From: a virus
Taxonomy: Duplodnaviria; Heunggongvirae; Uroviricota; Caudoviricetes
IMG/VR virus record: IMGVR_UViG_3300050821_018098
Strand: one strand, 5' to 3'
DNA length: 31,876 nt
A model generated the notes under the pieces. The model was not told the origin of the DNA. It searched no databases and saw nothing but the letters and a program-made list of their open reading frames with translations. Within the stretch, counting starts at the first letter, position 1, and each line of letters starts with the position of its first letter. This document shows positions 9,322-17,588 of the stretch, piece by piece. Made by a program: the position numbers and the translations under genes.

Positions 9322-10548
9322 ATGAAGACGATAAAAATTATATTAATCTGTATTTTAGCTGGTTTACTTAATATAAGCCAAGCAAAGACTGTAAACTTAG
9401 ATCCTGTTTTAAAGGATTTCTTCGAAACAAAACAATTTAGTAATTGTTACAAATTAGCAAAGGTCATTAATAGTGGCCGATATTCATCTTATACACTTTC
9501 ACCATTTGGTGTGAAATACAAAGAAGATAATGTATACATATCCTCCCAGGCCCAGGAGTTTGAATTCAAATCTCTATACCTTAGTAACAGAGCATCATTC
9601 TATACAAGCTACATAAACAGAACTTCAGAAATACTTAAGTACTTCAAAAAGGATGAAATACACCCACAATTTTTAATCTGGGCTGATAGTATATTTAATA
9701 GTCCTATTCCAGATCAGTTTGGTTTATTAGTTGATAATTATATAGAAAGGAAATATAAAAGAGGCGATGATATTCCAGAAATAAGAGATGAAATGCGGAA
9801 AACAATGAAGTTAAATGAAATTTATAATTTTTTGAAATCTACTGATACTGTAGCTTTACACAAAATATTCGATATAGACAATTCAGAGTTAATTTCTTTA
9901 GTGAAGAATAGAAAAGTGGCTGATTTGATGACTCTTGACTCTAAAGGTTTTAACATTAGAACACATATTGTATACTCTAATAGTAAAGAGGATCCTATAC
10001 AAAACGAATTATATATATTATTCGAAAAATTTAATAAAAGTAAAAGATTAGTAAATAAAGACCAAATAATAAGATTCCTTTATAGGAACACTAAATTTAC
10101 AAAACAAGAAAAAGCTTTTGTTACATTTTATTTTGTTAAAAGTTTTTTAAGATATTGTAATAAAGATAACTCAAAATTCACTGAATATAGTGACATAGAT
10201 AATATTGTTCTATACAAAACAACTGTATGTAACGGATATGCTTTACTATATCAATTTCTTTTAAAAAGTGCTGATGTAGAATGCTATCACATATCTTTAA
10301 AAGAAATTGCTCATGCTAATAATATTGTAGTTATTAATAATAAGGCTTATTATGTTGATGTTACCTGGGGCATTTATTGTAAGGAGATAGGAACTTTTAA
10401 AAAAAGCACTATTAAAAGTACATTCGATTTAGAAATAAATCCTTATGATTATAAAGAAATAAATGATTTTTCATATATCAAATATGTTAATAACATAGAC
10501 GATGCTGTTGGTTTTGTTAGTTATCTAAATAATACATGTAAGAAATAA
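9322..10548 (+). CDS. secreted transglutaminase-like (Cys-His-Asp) protein
   Basis: Start moved to ATG 9322 giving signal peptide MKTIKIILICILAGLLNISQA; C-terminal TVCNGYA...AHANN...YVDVTWG triad. Confidence 0.75.
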   Translation: MKTIKIILICILAGLLNISQAKTVNLDPVLKDFFETKQFSNCYKLAKVINSGRYSSYTLSPFGVKYKEDNVYISSQAQEFEFKSLYLSNRASFYTSYINRTSEILKYFKKDEIHPQFLIWADSIFNSPIPDQFGLLVDNYIERKYKRGDDIPEIRDEMRKTMKLNEIYNFLKSTDTVALHKIFDIDNSELISLVKNRKVADLMTLDSKGFNIRTHIVYSNSKEDPIQNELYILFEKFNKSKRLVNKDQIIRFLYRNTKFTKQEKAFVTFYFVKSFLRYCNKDNSKFTEYSDIDNIVLYKTTVCNGYALLYQFLLKSADVECYHISLKEIAHANNIVVINNKAYYVDVTWGIYCKEIGTFKKSTIKSTFDLEINPYDYKEINDFSYIKYVNNIDDAVGFVSYLNNTCKK

Positions 10549-10577
10549 AAAAGCCCCAGAATGGGGCTTTTTTATTT
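10543..10577. terminator. bidirectional intrinsic terminator
   Basis: Perfect 16-bp inverted repeat AAATAAAAAAGCCCCA-GAA-TGGGGCTTTTTTATTT between convergent genes. Confidence 0.9.
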
Positions 10578-11457
10578 ATACTGGTTTTACTATTATTTGT
10601 AGTTTTACAAATTGTTCAGCTAAGAATTTTGGATCATCAGGCTTATCAGTACCTTTAACATAAGGAGTAGGTCCTACAACACCCTTTGTCTCAGCAACAA
10701 AACCTATTAATTTAGAAAGTTTTGGTAGTGAGGTTTTGAAATAATCAATCATATATTTTTTAAGATTGATTGCTCTATTTTCAGCAAGTTTTTGGTTTCC
10801 TCCAGCATAAGTAGTAGTTACTTGAGAAGCACTACCCAATATCTCCATTGTATATTTATCTGTAGCTCCAGGAGCTTGTAAAGCAGCTTCATGAGCACTA
10901 TAATATACACCAAAATCATCTAATTCTTTATTCAGTTCTACTTTTTTCGCATCATCAATAGTATCTTCGTTTGGTACAAAAGTATCACCTACACTTTTCT
11001 CATATGGTTCTATATCTACTGGTTTAATACTTACAAACCCAGGATTCAAGTTTACTGCCATCCAGGCTCCACCATATTTTTTAACGTCTATATCCATAGC
11101 ACCTTGAACAGTAAATCTACTTACAGTCATTTTCTTATCAGTAGCAGCTTTATTAGCATCAAGTTCTAATATAAAGTTCTCGCCGGATAATAGACTTTTC
11201 CCAGCATCAGCTAAATTAAATTGTGGTTTTGTGAATTTAAGTATATCACCTTCTCTAACAAATTGGAAAGGTACTGCTGTTTGATTGATTGGTTTACCTT
11301 GATACTTGAATATAACATCAGCTACAGCACCTTTACTGAAGTCTGGCGTTTTAGATAAGTCAAGTTCTATAGTAACTAAATTTACATCAAAGTTATCAGT
11401 GGCTTCATTTATTTTAGTAGCCATGAATTGTTCAAATGTTTTAACGTAATTTTTCAT
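10576..11457 (-). CDS. protein with C-terminal OmpA-like (peptidoglycan-binding-fold) domain and capsid-targeting-like leader
   Basis: MKNYVKTFEQFMATKINE leader; MEILGSASQ...GGNQKLAENRAINLKKYM resembles the OmpA_C I-x-G...N-x2-L-x3-R-A-x2-V-x2-Y-L pattern. Confidence 0.6.
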   Translation of the reverse strand: MKNYVKTFEQFMATKINEATDNFDVNLVTIELDLSKTPDFSKGAVADVIFKYQGKPINQTAVPFQFVREGDILKFTKPQFNLADAGKSLLSGENFILELDANKAATDKKMTVSRFTVQGAMDIDVKKYGGAWMAVNLNPGFVSIKPVDIEPYEKSVGDTFVPNEDTIDDAKKVELNKELDDFGVYYSAHEAALQAPGATDKYTMEILGSASQVTTTYAGGNQKLAENRAINLKKYMIDYFKTSLPKLSKLIGFVAETKGVVGPTPYVKGTDKPDDPKFLAEQFVKLQIIVKPV

Positions 11458-11479
11458 GCAATTATTCGATAGTTTTATT

Positions 11480-11487
11480 TATATATC
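11480..11487 (-). promoter_or_regulatory. putative late-promoter motif (GATATATA)
   Basis: Ends 22 nt before ATG 11457. Confidence 0.55.
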
Positions 11488-11915
11488 TATGAACAAAGCT
11501 GTGATTTTAGGATACTTAAAAAGGCATATAGTTCTTTTGAATTTTCTGAGGAGATAAAATTTGTATGTTCAAAATACATATTTTTATATTCTTTTTCTAT
11601 ATCAACAATATTAATACTAAAATGGTTATCTATCTGATTGAAAGTAAAATAAAAAGGTTTAGATATATTTACAAAATAATATTTTGCGAAAGTATTATAT
11701 CTATAATCTGTATTTGTAAGTATATACCGAAAATTATCGATCCATATTCTGTTAGAACAATGAGTCTTTTCAAAGGCTATCAAGGGAATATCTACTCTCT
11801 GTTCTACTTTAGTATTAAAAAAGCCTATTCTATTAATTGTATTATTCAATATCTTTTCATAAACTTTTCCTACTCCAGATAGCTCACTTAACAATATCAT
11901 ACTACTCAGCAGCAA
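11487..11915 (-). CDS. hypothetical protein, paralog of 8290..8721
   Basis: Same shared blocks as 8290..8721; true start probably the second Met (MILLSEL). Confidence 0.7.
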   Translation of the reverse strand: MLLSSMILLSELSGVGKVYEKILNNTINRIGFFNTKVEQRVDIPLIAFEKTHCSNRIWIDNFRYILTNTDYRYNTFAKYYFVNISKPFYFTFNQIDNHFSINIVDIEKEYKNMYFEHTNFISSENSKELYAFLSILKSQLCS

Positions 11916-12240
11916 ACATTATGAAACCGTTTGATACTAATTTATCTGTATAGGCTTTTTTACTTCCTGCACCGATTTGTTTATCTACAACAATACCATC
12001 TTTAAAATATAATACACTTGGAAGATTACGAACGCCATACTTCTGAGTTGATACTGAATTTATATCAACATCTATTTTAGCTACAATTATTTCATCTTCA
12101 TAAGTACTTGCTAATTCATCAAGAATTGGTGCTATCATAGTACATGGACCACACCACGATGCTCTAAAGTCCACTAATACCGGCTTATCCGAGGCAAGTA
12201 TTTCATTTATATTACTATCATTAATTTCAATCATTTTCAT
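11902..12240 (-). CDS. trxA: thioredoxin
   Basis: VLVDFRASWCGPCTMIAP...KYGVRNLPSVLYFKDG; start set at MKMIEIND (12240). Confidence 0.95.
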   Translation of the reverse strand: MKMIEINDSNINEILASDKPVLVDFRASWCGPCTMIAPILDELASTYEDEIIVAKIDVDINSVSTQKYGVRNLPSVLYFKDGIVVDKQIGAGSKKAYTDKLVSNGFIMFAAE

Positions 12241-12245
12241 AAATT

Positions 12246-12446
12246 TTATTTTTCGTCCCAAGTATGTTTACAATCGTTACAATTACAAACAGAAAGAAAA
12301 TAACCATAACTCATCAATCTACCTTTAATCAATTTTCCTTGAGTTCTTATTATCTTTTTATCTATAGTAATATTTTTTGAATTACAAACATTACATATTT
12401 TAATATTCATATTTTTAAACATCTTAATTTTTAAGCCATTTTTCAT
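12246..12446 (-). CDS. small zinc-ribbon protein
   Basis: CNVC...CNCNDCKHTW. Confidence 0.55.
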   Translation of the reverse strand: MKNGLKIKMFKNMNIKICNVCNSKNITIDKKIIRTQGKLIKGRLMSYGYFLSVCNCNDCKHTWDEK

Positions 12447-12666
12447 TAAATGTATAAAGTTCTAATGTTACAGTATCTCTTACCTTTAATATAATCATAG
12501 GTGCGAATTCTTTTTCTGATATAATAGTGAAACTTTCAAATACATATCCATTAACCATGTTATCTTTAAAATAATCCTCCACTATAGACATATCCAAGTG
12601 ATACTTCATTACGAAGAAAGATCGTTGAATGGTTTCCTTAAATTTTAATTCCTCAATTTTATTCAT
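12424..12666 (-). CDS. hypothetical protein (80 aa)
   Basis: ORF track; within a tightly packed minus-strand run. Confidence 0.6.
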   Translation of the reverse strand: MNKIEELKFKETIQRSFFVMKYHLDMSIVEDYFKDNMVNGYVFESFTIISEKEFAPMIILKVRDTVTLELYTFNEKWLKN

Positions 12667-12674
12667 AGGTTTTT

Positions 12675-13193
12675 TTATTCTAATATTTTTCTGATAACAA
12701 AATCATCAGGGCTTTCATAATCTCCACCATCAATAAATTCCATATTTTTCTCTTTAAGAAATTCAGCAACGGTTCCTATTATTTCGAAACCTTCTCTTTT
12801 GTAAAAATTTAGTGGGGCTCCTTCTTTATCAACGTATGACATTAATTCTTTACAACCAACTTTCTTAGCTTCATCTTCAAGATATTTTAAAACTTCAACA
12901 CCTAAGCCTTTATTTCTATAAACCGGAACAAGTCCAAACCATCCAAGCCATAACGTTTCTGTAGATTCATTCAGTGAATATAATCCACAACATCCTATAG
13001 CTTTATCTTCAGTTTTAATTAATCTAAACTCCCAGAAGTGGAGAGCCCACAGATCCTCAATTACGCCACACCATTCTAAAACAGTTGAATAAAAGATATA
13101 ATCAAAATCTTTTACCAACGGTTTCAATATTGGACCAAATTCATATATATTTCTTGTATTTGAATATTCAATATTTACCATATAACATCCCAT
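12675..13193 (-). CDS. GNAT family N-acetyltransferase
   Basis: IGCCGLY...WFGLVPVYRNKGLGVEVL (motif A, R-x-x-G-x-G)...LNFYKREGF (motif B). Confidence 0.9.
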   Translation of the reverse strand: MGCYMVNIEYSNTRNIYEFGPILKPLVKDFDYIFYSTVLEWCGVIEDLWALHFWEFRLIKTEDKAIGCCGLYSLNESTETLWLGWFGLVPVYRNKGLGVEVLKYLEDEAKKVGCKELMSYVDKEGAPLNFYKREGFEIIGTVAEFLKEKNMEFIDGGDYESPDDFVIRKILE

Positions 13194-13438
13194 TTGGACA
13201 ATTTACCTTTATCATATCCAGCAGTATACATGTTAATTAAGGCTTTTTTTATTTCTTCTGGATTTTCTATACTACCTAAACCAAGTATTAACTCATTAGA
13301 AATTTTTTCTAACACTTCTTCCTGAGTAATATTATGTACATATCCAGGCATATAAGGCTCACCTTCGATACATTTTCTTCTATTAACTTCAAATAATTTT
13401 GAGATGTTAGTTAGAATATCTTTTTTAGTGTTTTTCAT
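13175..13438 (-). CDS. hypothetical protein (87 aa)
   Basis: ORF track; within operon. Confidence 0.6.
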   Translation of the reverse strand: MKNTKKDILTNISKLFEVNRRKCIEGEPYMPGYVHNITQEEVLEKISNELILGLGSIENPEEIKKALINMYTAGYDKGKLSKWDVIW

Positions 13439-13445
13439 TTTTTCA

Positions 13446-14570
13446 TTATATAATTTTGTAATGTTCTTTCAATATTTTACGAGCCTCTATTTCCTCTACA
13501 ATCAATTGTTTTTTACTTCCTTTAATATTAAGTATATCTAAGTGAGCAAATATTTTTAACACGTTTGTTAATTGTGTTTTCGATATTATGAAACCTTGAG
13601 CCTTTGCTAAATCTTCGAAATTCTTAAGCGGTGGTAAATTAGCACCTTTTTTTAAGTGTTTAAATGTGAATACCAAATCTAAAACTTTATCATGAAATTC
13701 CCAAGTTTTATATTGAGTATTTTCTTTAAGTTTTAACTCGTACTCTTGTACAGATTTAGTATTGTAGAGAAATGTGAAGAATATACCAGTGGAAACAAAT
13801 ATCTCAACTACAACAGCACCGATTACAAATATCCAAATGATATTACTATTTTCTGATTTATTTACATCAAGCTCAGTATTTAAATCTTTTTCGTAAACAG
13901 ATATACTCTTATCACGTTCTGATTTAAGTTCTTTTATTTGAGATTCATTATTTTTTATAGTTTCTTTATTACCTTCAATTTGTTTACGATATTGATTTCT
14001 TTCTCGGCTCCATTGAGGTAATTCATCAATTCTTGTTTGTATTGTTAAATTGACATTAAATAACTGTCCATTTTGTTCCTCTATTTTAATAATTTTATCG
14101 TTATAATTTTTACTCAAAGAATCAGAATATATTTTGATATCCTTCTTTGTTTCTGTAACCATTACTTTTTCTTTACTACTCAATTCTTTTGCTCCAGAAA
14201 TACTAAAATAGAAGGATCCTGCAATCATAAGTAATGATGATAAAAAGAGTATTATTAAGCCCTTACCAGCAAAATTAAAATTAGCTTCTACGAAATATTT
14301 GGAGAATTTGGAGTAAATAACTCTTTTAATAATTTCAAACAAAGCTATTGTGAATATAGCAGCACTAATAATAAATACAACAATACCACCTGTAGGTTCT
14401 TCAGCAATCTTTGTGTAAACATCTTTAAAGAAAAAATATCCAAAAAACATAAGAACGCCTTGTAATAAAATAGATATCCAGTATCCTACATCTTTAAGGC
14501 TTTTATATTCTTCAAAAAAAGATTTCTTTTCAACCTTCTTTTTTAAACTTTCGTATTCTTCATGTTTCAT
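13446..14570 (-). CDS. multi-pass membrane protein with long coiled coil
   Basis: Three N-terminal hydrophobic helices, heptad region of about 100 aa, a fourth TM (IIWIFVIGAVVVEIF...) and a possible winged-helix C-terminus. Confidence 0.75.
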   Translation of the reverse strand: MKHEEYESLKKKVEKKSFFEEYKSLKDVGYWISILLQGVLMFFGYFFFKDVYTKIAEEPTGGIVVFIISAAIFTIALFEIIKRVIYSKFSKYFVEANFNFAGKGLIILFLSSLLMIAGSFYFSISGAKELSSKEKVMVTETKKDIKIYSDSLSKNYNDKIIKIEEQNGQLFNVNLTIQTRIDELPQWSRERNQYRKQIEGNKETIKNNESQIKELKSERDKSISVYEKDLNTELDVNKSENSNIIWIFVIGAVVVEIFVSTGIFFTFLYNTKSVQEYELKLKENTQYKTWEFHDKVLDLVFTFKHLKKGANLPPLKNFEDLAKAQGFIISKTQLTNVLKIFAHLDILNIKGSKKQLIVEEIEARKILKEHYKII

Positions 14571-16479
14571 GTGTGTATCTTATATTATTATCAATTACTT
14601 CAATATTTATCACGGTATCCCGAATCATATGTTCTATTATATATTCGGCTAAAGGATTTGTTACTTCATTTTGTATAACTTCAGATACTTTCCAGGCACC
14701 TTTAGATTTATCCTCACATATAGTAGATAATTTTTCGATAAAGTTTTGCTGATATACCAAATCAATATTTTGTATTTCCTTTAATCTAAACTCAATATCA
14801 TTTATTTTATCTTTTACTATATCAGATAGAATCTCTAAACTTAAATTATTGAAATATAAAACATCATCGAGTCTGTTTAACAATTCTGGTGTTAATACCT
14901 TTTTTATTTGTGTACCAACTGACTCAGATGTTTTCACTTCACTACTACCAAAACCCACTGGTTTATAATTAAGTTCTTTTGTACCAATATTTGTTGTGAG
15001 AAGAATTATGGCTTGAGTAAGTCTTGCTTTCTTACCCATACTATCTGTTATAAACCCTTCATCAAGTATTTGAAGTAATAAATTTAAGATTGAACTATGT
15101 GCTAACTCTATTTGATCAAAAAGTATTACACAAGCAGGATGTTTCAATATTTCTCTTACAAGAGGGCTTCCTGCTTCATAACCAACATATCCAGGAGCAC
15201 CACCGGTTAGTTTACTACTGTTCATTGATTCCATGAAGTCTGACATATTGAACCTTACAACTTTTGATTCATCATTCCATAATTCTTTTGCTATTTTATA
15301 AGCTATACTAGTTTTACCGGTACCACCTGGACCAGCTAACAAATAACAAGCTAAAGGTCTATTAGTCGATGATAAACCTGATACTTTTCTTTTTATACTA
15401 TTCATTATAGCTTTTACCGAACTTTCTTGACCACGTAATACTTTATTTATATTATTTTCTATATTATTCCAACGATTGGAGGCTTTACCAATACTCACCC
15501 AATCCAAAGGAAGATTAGCTTGTAAAGCGGTAACTTTTTCTAAATCTTCATTTTTTACTTTTTCCTTTTTTGTTACCAACTTCATTTTCCTAACAGAATC
15601 CTTCAATAATACTTCACATCTTTCAACGGATTCTAAAACATAAGGAACCTCTATCCAATCATGATCCTTTATTATTCGTAATTTCTCTTGTTCCAAATAT
15701 TCTAATTCTATTTCTAAAAGAACAACATCTTTTGGTTTTTGTTGTTTTCTGTTTTTAATTACACCACCAACTTCATCGATAATATCAAAAGCCCCATCAG
15801 GCAAAGCTCTATGTGGTAAATATTTTATAGCAAGATCTACAGCATATTCTAATACTGAATCTGGGTATGTAATACCATGATGTTTCTCATAAATCGATTT
15901 TGACTTTTTAAGAATTTCTATGGTTTGTTTTCTATCGGTTGAAGGAACATCTATTATATTAAATCTTCTAGTAAAGGCACCGTCTTTGGAAAGATATTTC
16001 ATATACTCCTCTTGTGTAGTACAACCGATTAAAACTATTTCATTACTTGTTAAATATGGTTTAATTATATTACCTAGACTCAATGCCTGACTTTTATTTG
16101 CACTAAAGAAAGTATGAATTTCATCAATAAAAAGTATACAGTCCTTACTAGTAATTAAGAATTTCAATAATTTATCAAATTTCTCCTCTAACTCACCACG
16201 AAGTTTAGTACCAGCCATAAGGCCAGCCATATCAAGTTTGAGTATATGTTTAAATTTATGAGCTCTATTTTGATTTAATGTATGAGCGAGACCTTCTATT
16301 AAAGCAGTTTTACCAACACCAGGATCACCAAGTAACAATACATTTCTTTTCTTCCTTCTGGACAAATAAATCAGAAGTTTTTTCATTTCATTTTCCCTGC
16401 CTATTGCTGGATCTATTTTCTTCTCTTCAGCCAGGGCTACAAGATCATCACCATAATTCTTTAATTCACTCTTGTCCAA
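14560..16479 (-). CDS. clpC: ClpC/ClpA-type AAA+ ATPase lacking the N-domain, degenerate second ATPase
   Basis: NBD1 GDPGVGKT, LFIDEIH, FTRRF; UVR-like middle; NBD2 GPGGTGKT, GAPGYVGY, ILFDQIE, VGF loop, ELLNRLD. Confidence 0.9.
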   Translation of the reverse strand: MDKSELKNYGDDLVALAEEKKIDPAIGRENEMKKLLIYLSRRKKRNVLLLGDPGVGKTALIEGLAHTLNQNRAHKFKHILKLDMAGLMAGTKLRGELEEKFDKLLKFLITSKDCILFIDEIHTFFSANKSQALSLGNIIKPYLTSNEIVLIGCTTQEEYMKYLSKDGAFTRRFNIIDVPSTDRKQTIEILKKSKSIYEKHHGITYPDSVLEYAVDLAIKYLPHRALPDGAFDIIDEVGGVIKNRKQQKPKDVVLLEIELEYLEQEKLRIIKDHDWIEVPYVLESVERCEVLLKDSVRKMKLVTKKEKVKNEDLEKVTALQANLPLDWVSIGKASNRWNNIENNINKVLRGQESSVKAIMNSIKRKVSGLSSTNRPLACYLLAGPGGTGKTSIAYKIAKELWNDESKVVRFNMSDFMESMNSSKLTGGAPGYVGYEAGSPLVREILKHPACVILFDQIELAHSSILNLLLQILDEGFITDSMGKKARLTQAIILLTTNIGTKELNYKPVGFGSSEVKTSESVGTQIKKVLTPELLNRLDDVLYFNNLSLEILSDIVKDKINDIEFRLKEIQNIDLVYQQNFIEKLSTICEDKSKGAWKVSEVIQNEVTNPLAEYIIEHMIRDTVINIEVIDNNIRYTHET

Positions 16480-16490
16480 GACCTAAAATT

Positions 16491-16796
16491 TTATTTTAGT
16501 TTACCACTTAAACGTTCCCAAAAAGTTAATTTCTTTTTGTATCGTTCACTTAAGTTATTTATCTTGTATTGCTGTTCTTGTATTTGATTCAAAAATATTT
16601 GATTTAATCTTAAAAGTTCTTTTTCACTATCTCTAGCTTGTTCAAGCTCATTAATCACTCGTATTTTATCTGATTGAATATACCTTATAGTAGATTTTGC
16701 TTCATCAAGAAATGAAGAAACTTGTTGATGTGTGTAATTTTGATAACCATCATTGTTATACAAAAATTCAATAAAATCTTTTACCTGAGGCCACAT
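16491..16796 (-). CDS. coiled-coil hypothetical protein (101 aa)
   Basis: ORF track; heptad pattern and basic amphipathic tail KKLTFWERLSGKLK. Confidence 0.65.
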   Translation of the reverse strand: MWPQVKDFIEFLYNNDGYQNYTHQQVSSFLDEAKSTIRYIQSDKIRVINELEQARDSEKELLRLNQIFLNQIQEQQYKINNLSERYKKKLTFWERLSGKLK

Positions 16797-16844
16797 ATTA
16801 TATTGTTTATATAGGCTTAAAATATTATACCTATAAACAAAATT

Positions 16845-17147
16845 CTAAATATTCCAAGTTGGTATATCATGAATAGGCATCCAATATAGAACTGTAACAT
16901 AATCGTCATCAAGTTGCCATTCGTTCATACAACTATTTCTATATACTTTTGCGGGAAAAGTATATTTCTCATATTTTTTACTAAAAAGAGTTTCTTCGGA
17001 AGCAATTTTTTCAACAACACCCCAGAAACAACCTATATCAGGTAATTTTTCAGATGAAGAAATCCAACCTATACCAAGTAGAGATTTTAATTCTTCTCCA
17101 CTAATTATTGGTACTTCTATTTCTGTTTTTATTTCGTAATTTTCCAT
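16845..17147 (-). CDS. DUF551-like phage protein
   Basis: WISSSEKLP...VLYWMPI pattern. Confidence 0.65.
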   Translation of the reverse strand: MENYEIKTEIEVPIISGEELKSLLGIGWISSSEKLPDIGCFWGVVEKIASEETLFSKKYEKYTFPAKVYRNSCMNEWQLDDDYVTVLYWMPIHDIPTWNI

Positions 17148-17150
17148 AAT

Positions 17151-17588
17151 TTATTGTAAATTGTAAACAAGAGTTTTAAAATTAATAGCATTCAACTGTA
17201 TTTCAGGGACTTCCTCAGAAAAGTAATACCAGTGATCACCTCTACATAATTTAACATCGTTATCAATGGATTCTATTACCATAAAATCATATTCTGAACA
17301 AAAGAGTAAATCTTTATCATAATGGTAATTATGAATATCGTCATTATAATAATCCCAAAATTTATCATAAATTTCTGAGAGTCTATTGTAACATTCAGAT
17401 TCAGTTTCATAATACTCTTCTACATGTTTCTCTTCATCTAAACGGCCTTCGTATATTATGAAACGCCATCCTTTTTCAGATTCTTTCCATATATAAAAAT
17501 CATCCAGCATATCTTTTAATTCATCACTATAATTATCCGGTGTATACATATTAGTAGTTTTTTTAAAAATCCCATTCTTTATCATCAT
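17151..17588 (-). CDS. hypothetical acidic/aromatic protein (145 aa)
   Basis: ORF track; overlaps the polB end. Confidence 0.6.
   Translation of the reverse strand: MMIKNGIFKKTTNMYTPDNYSDELKDMLDDFYIWKESEKGWRFIIYEGRLDEEKHVEEYYETESECYNRLSEIYDKFWDYYNDDIHNYHYDKDLLFCSEYDFMVIESIDNDVKLCRGDHWYYFSEEVPEIQLNAINFKTLVYNLQ

Noticed and set aside
14560-16479. ClpB assignment
   Set aside because: Short UVR-like middle region and a VGF ClpP-docking loop fit ClpC/ClpA, not ClpB.
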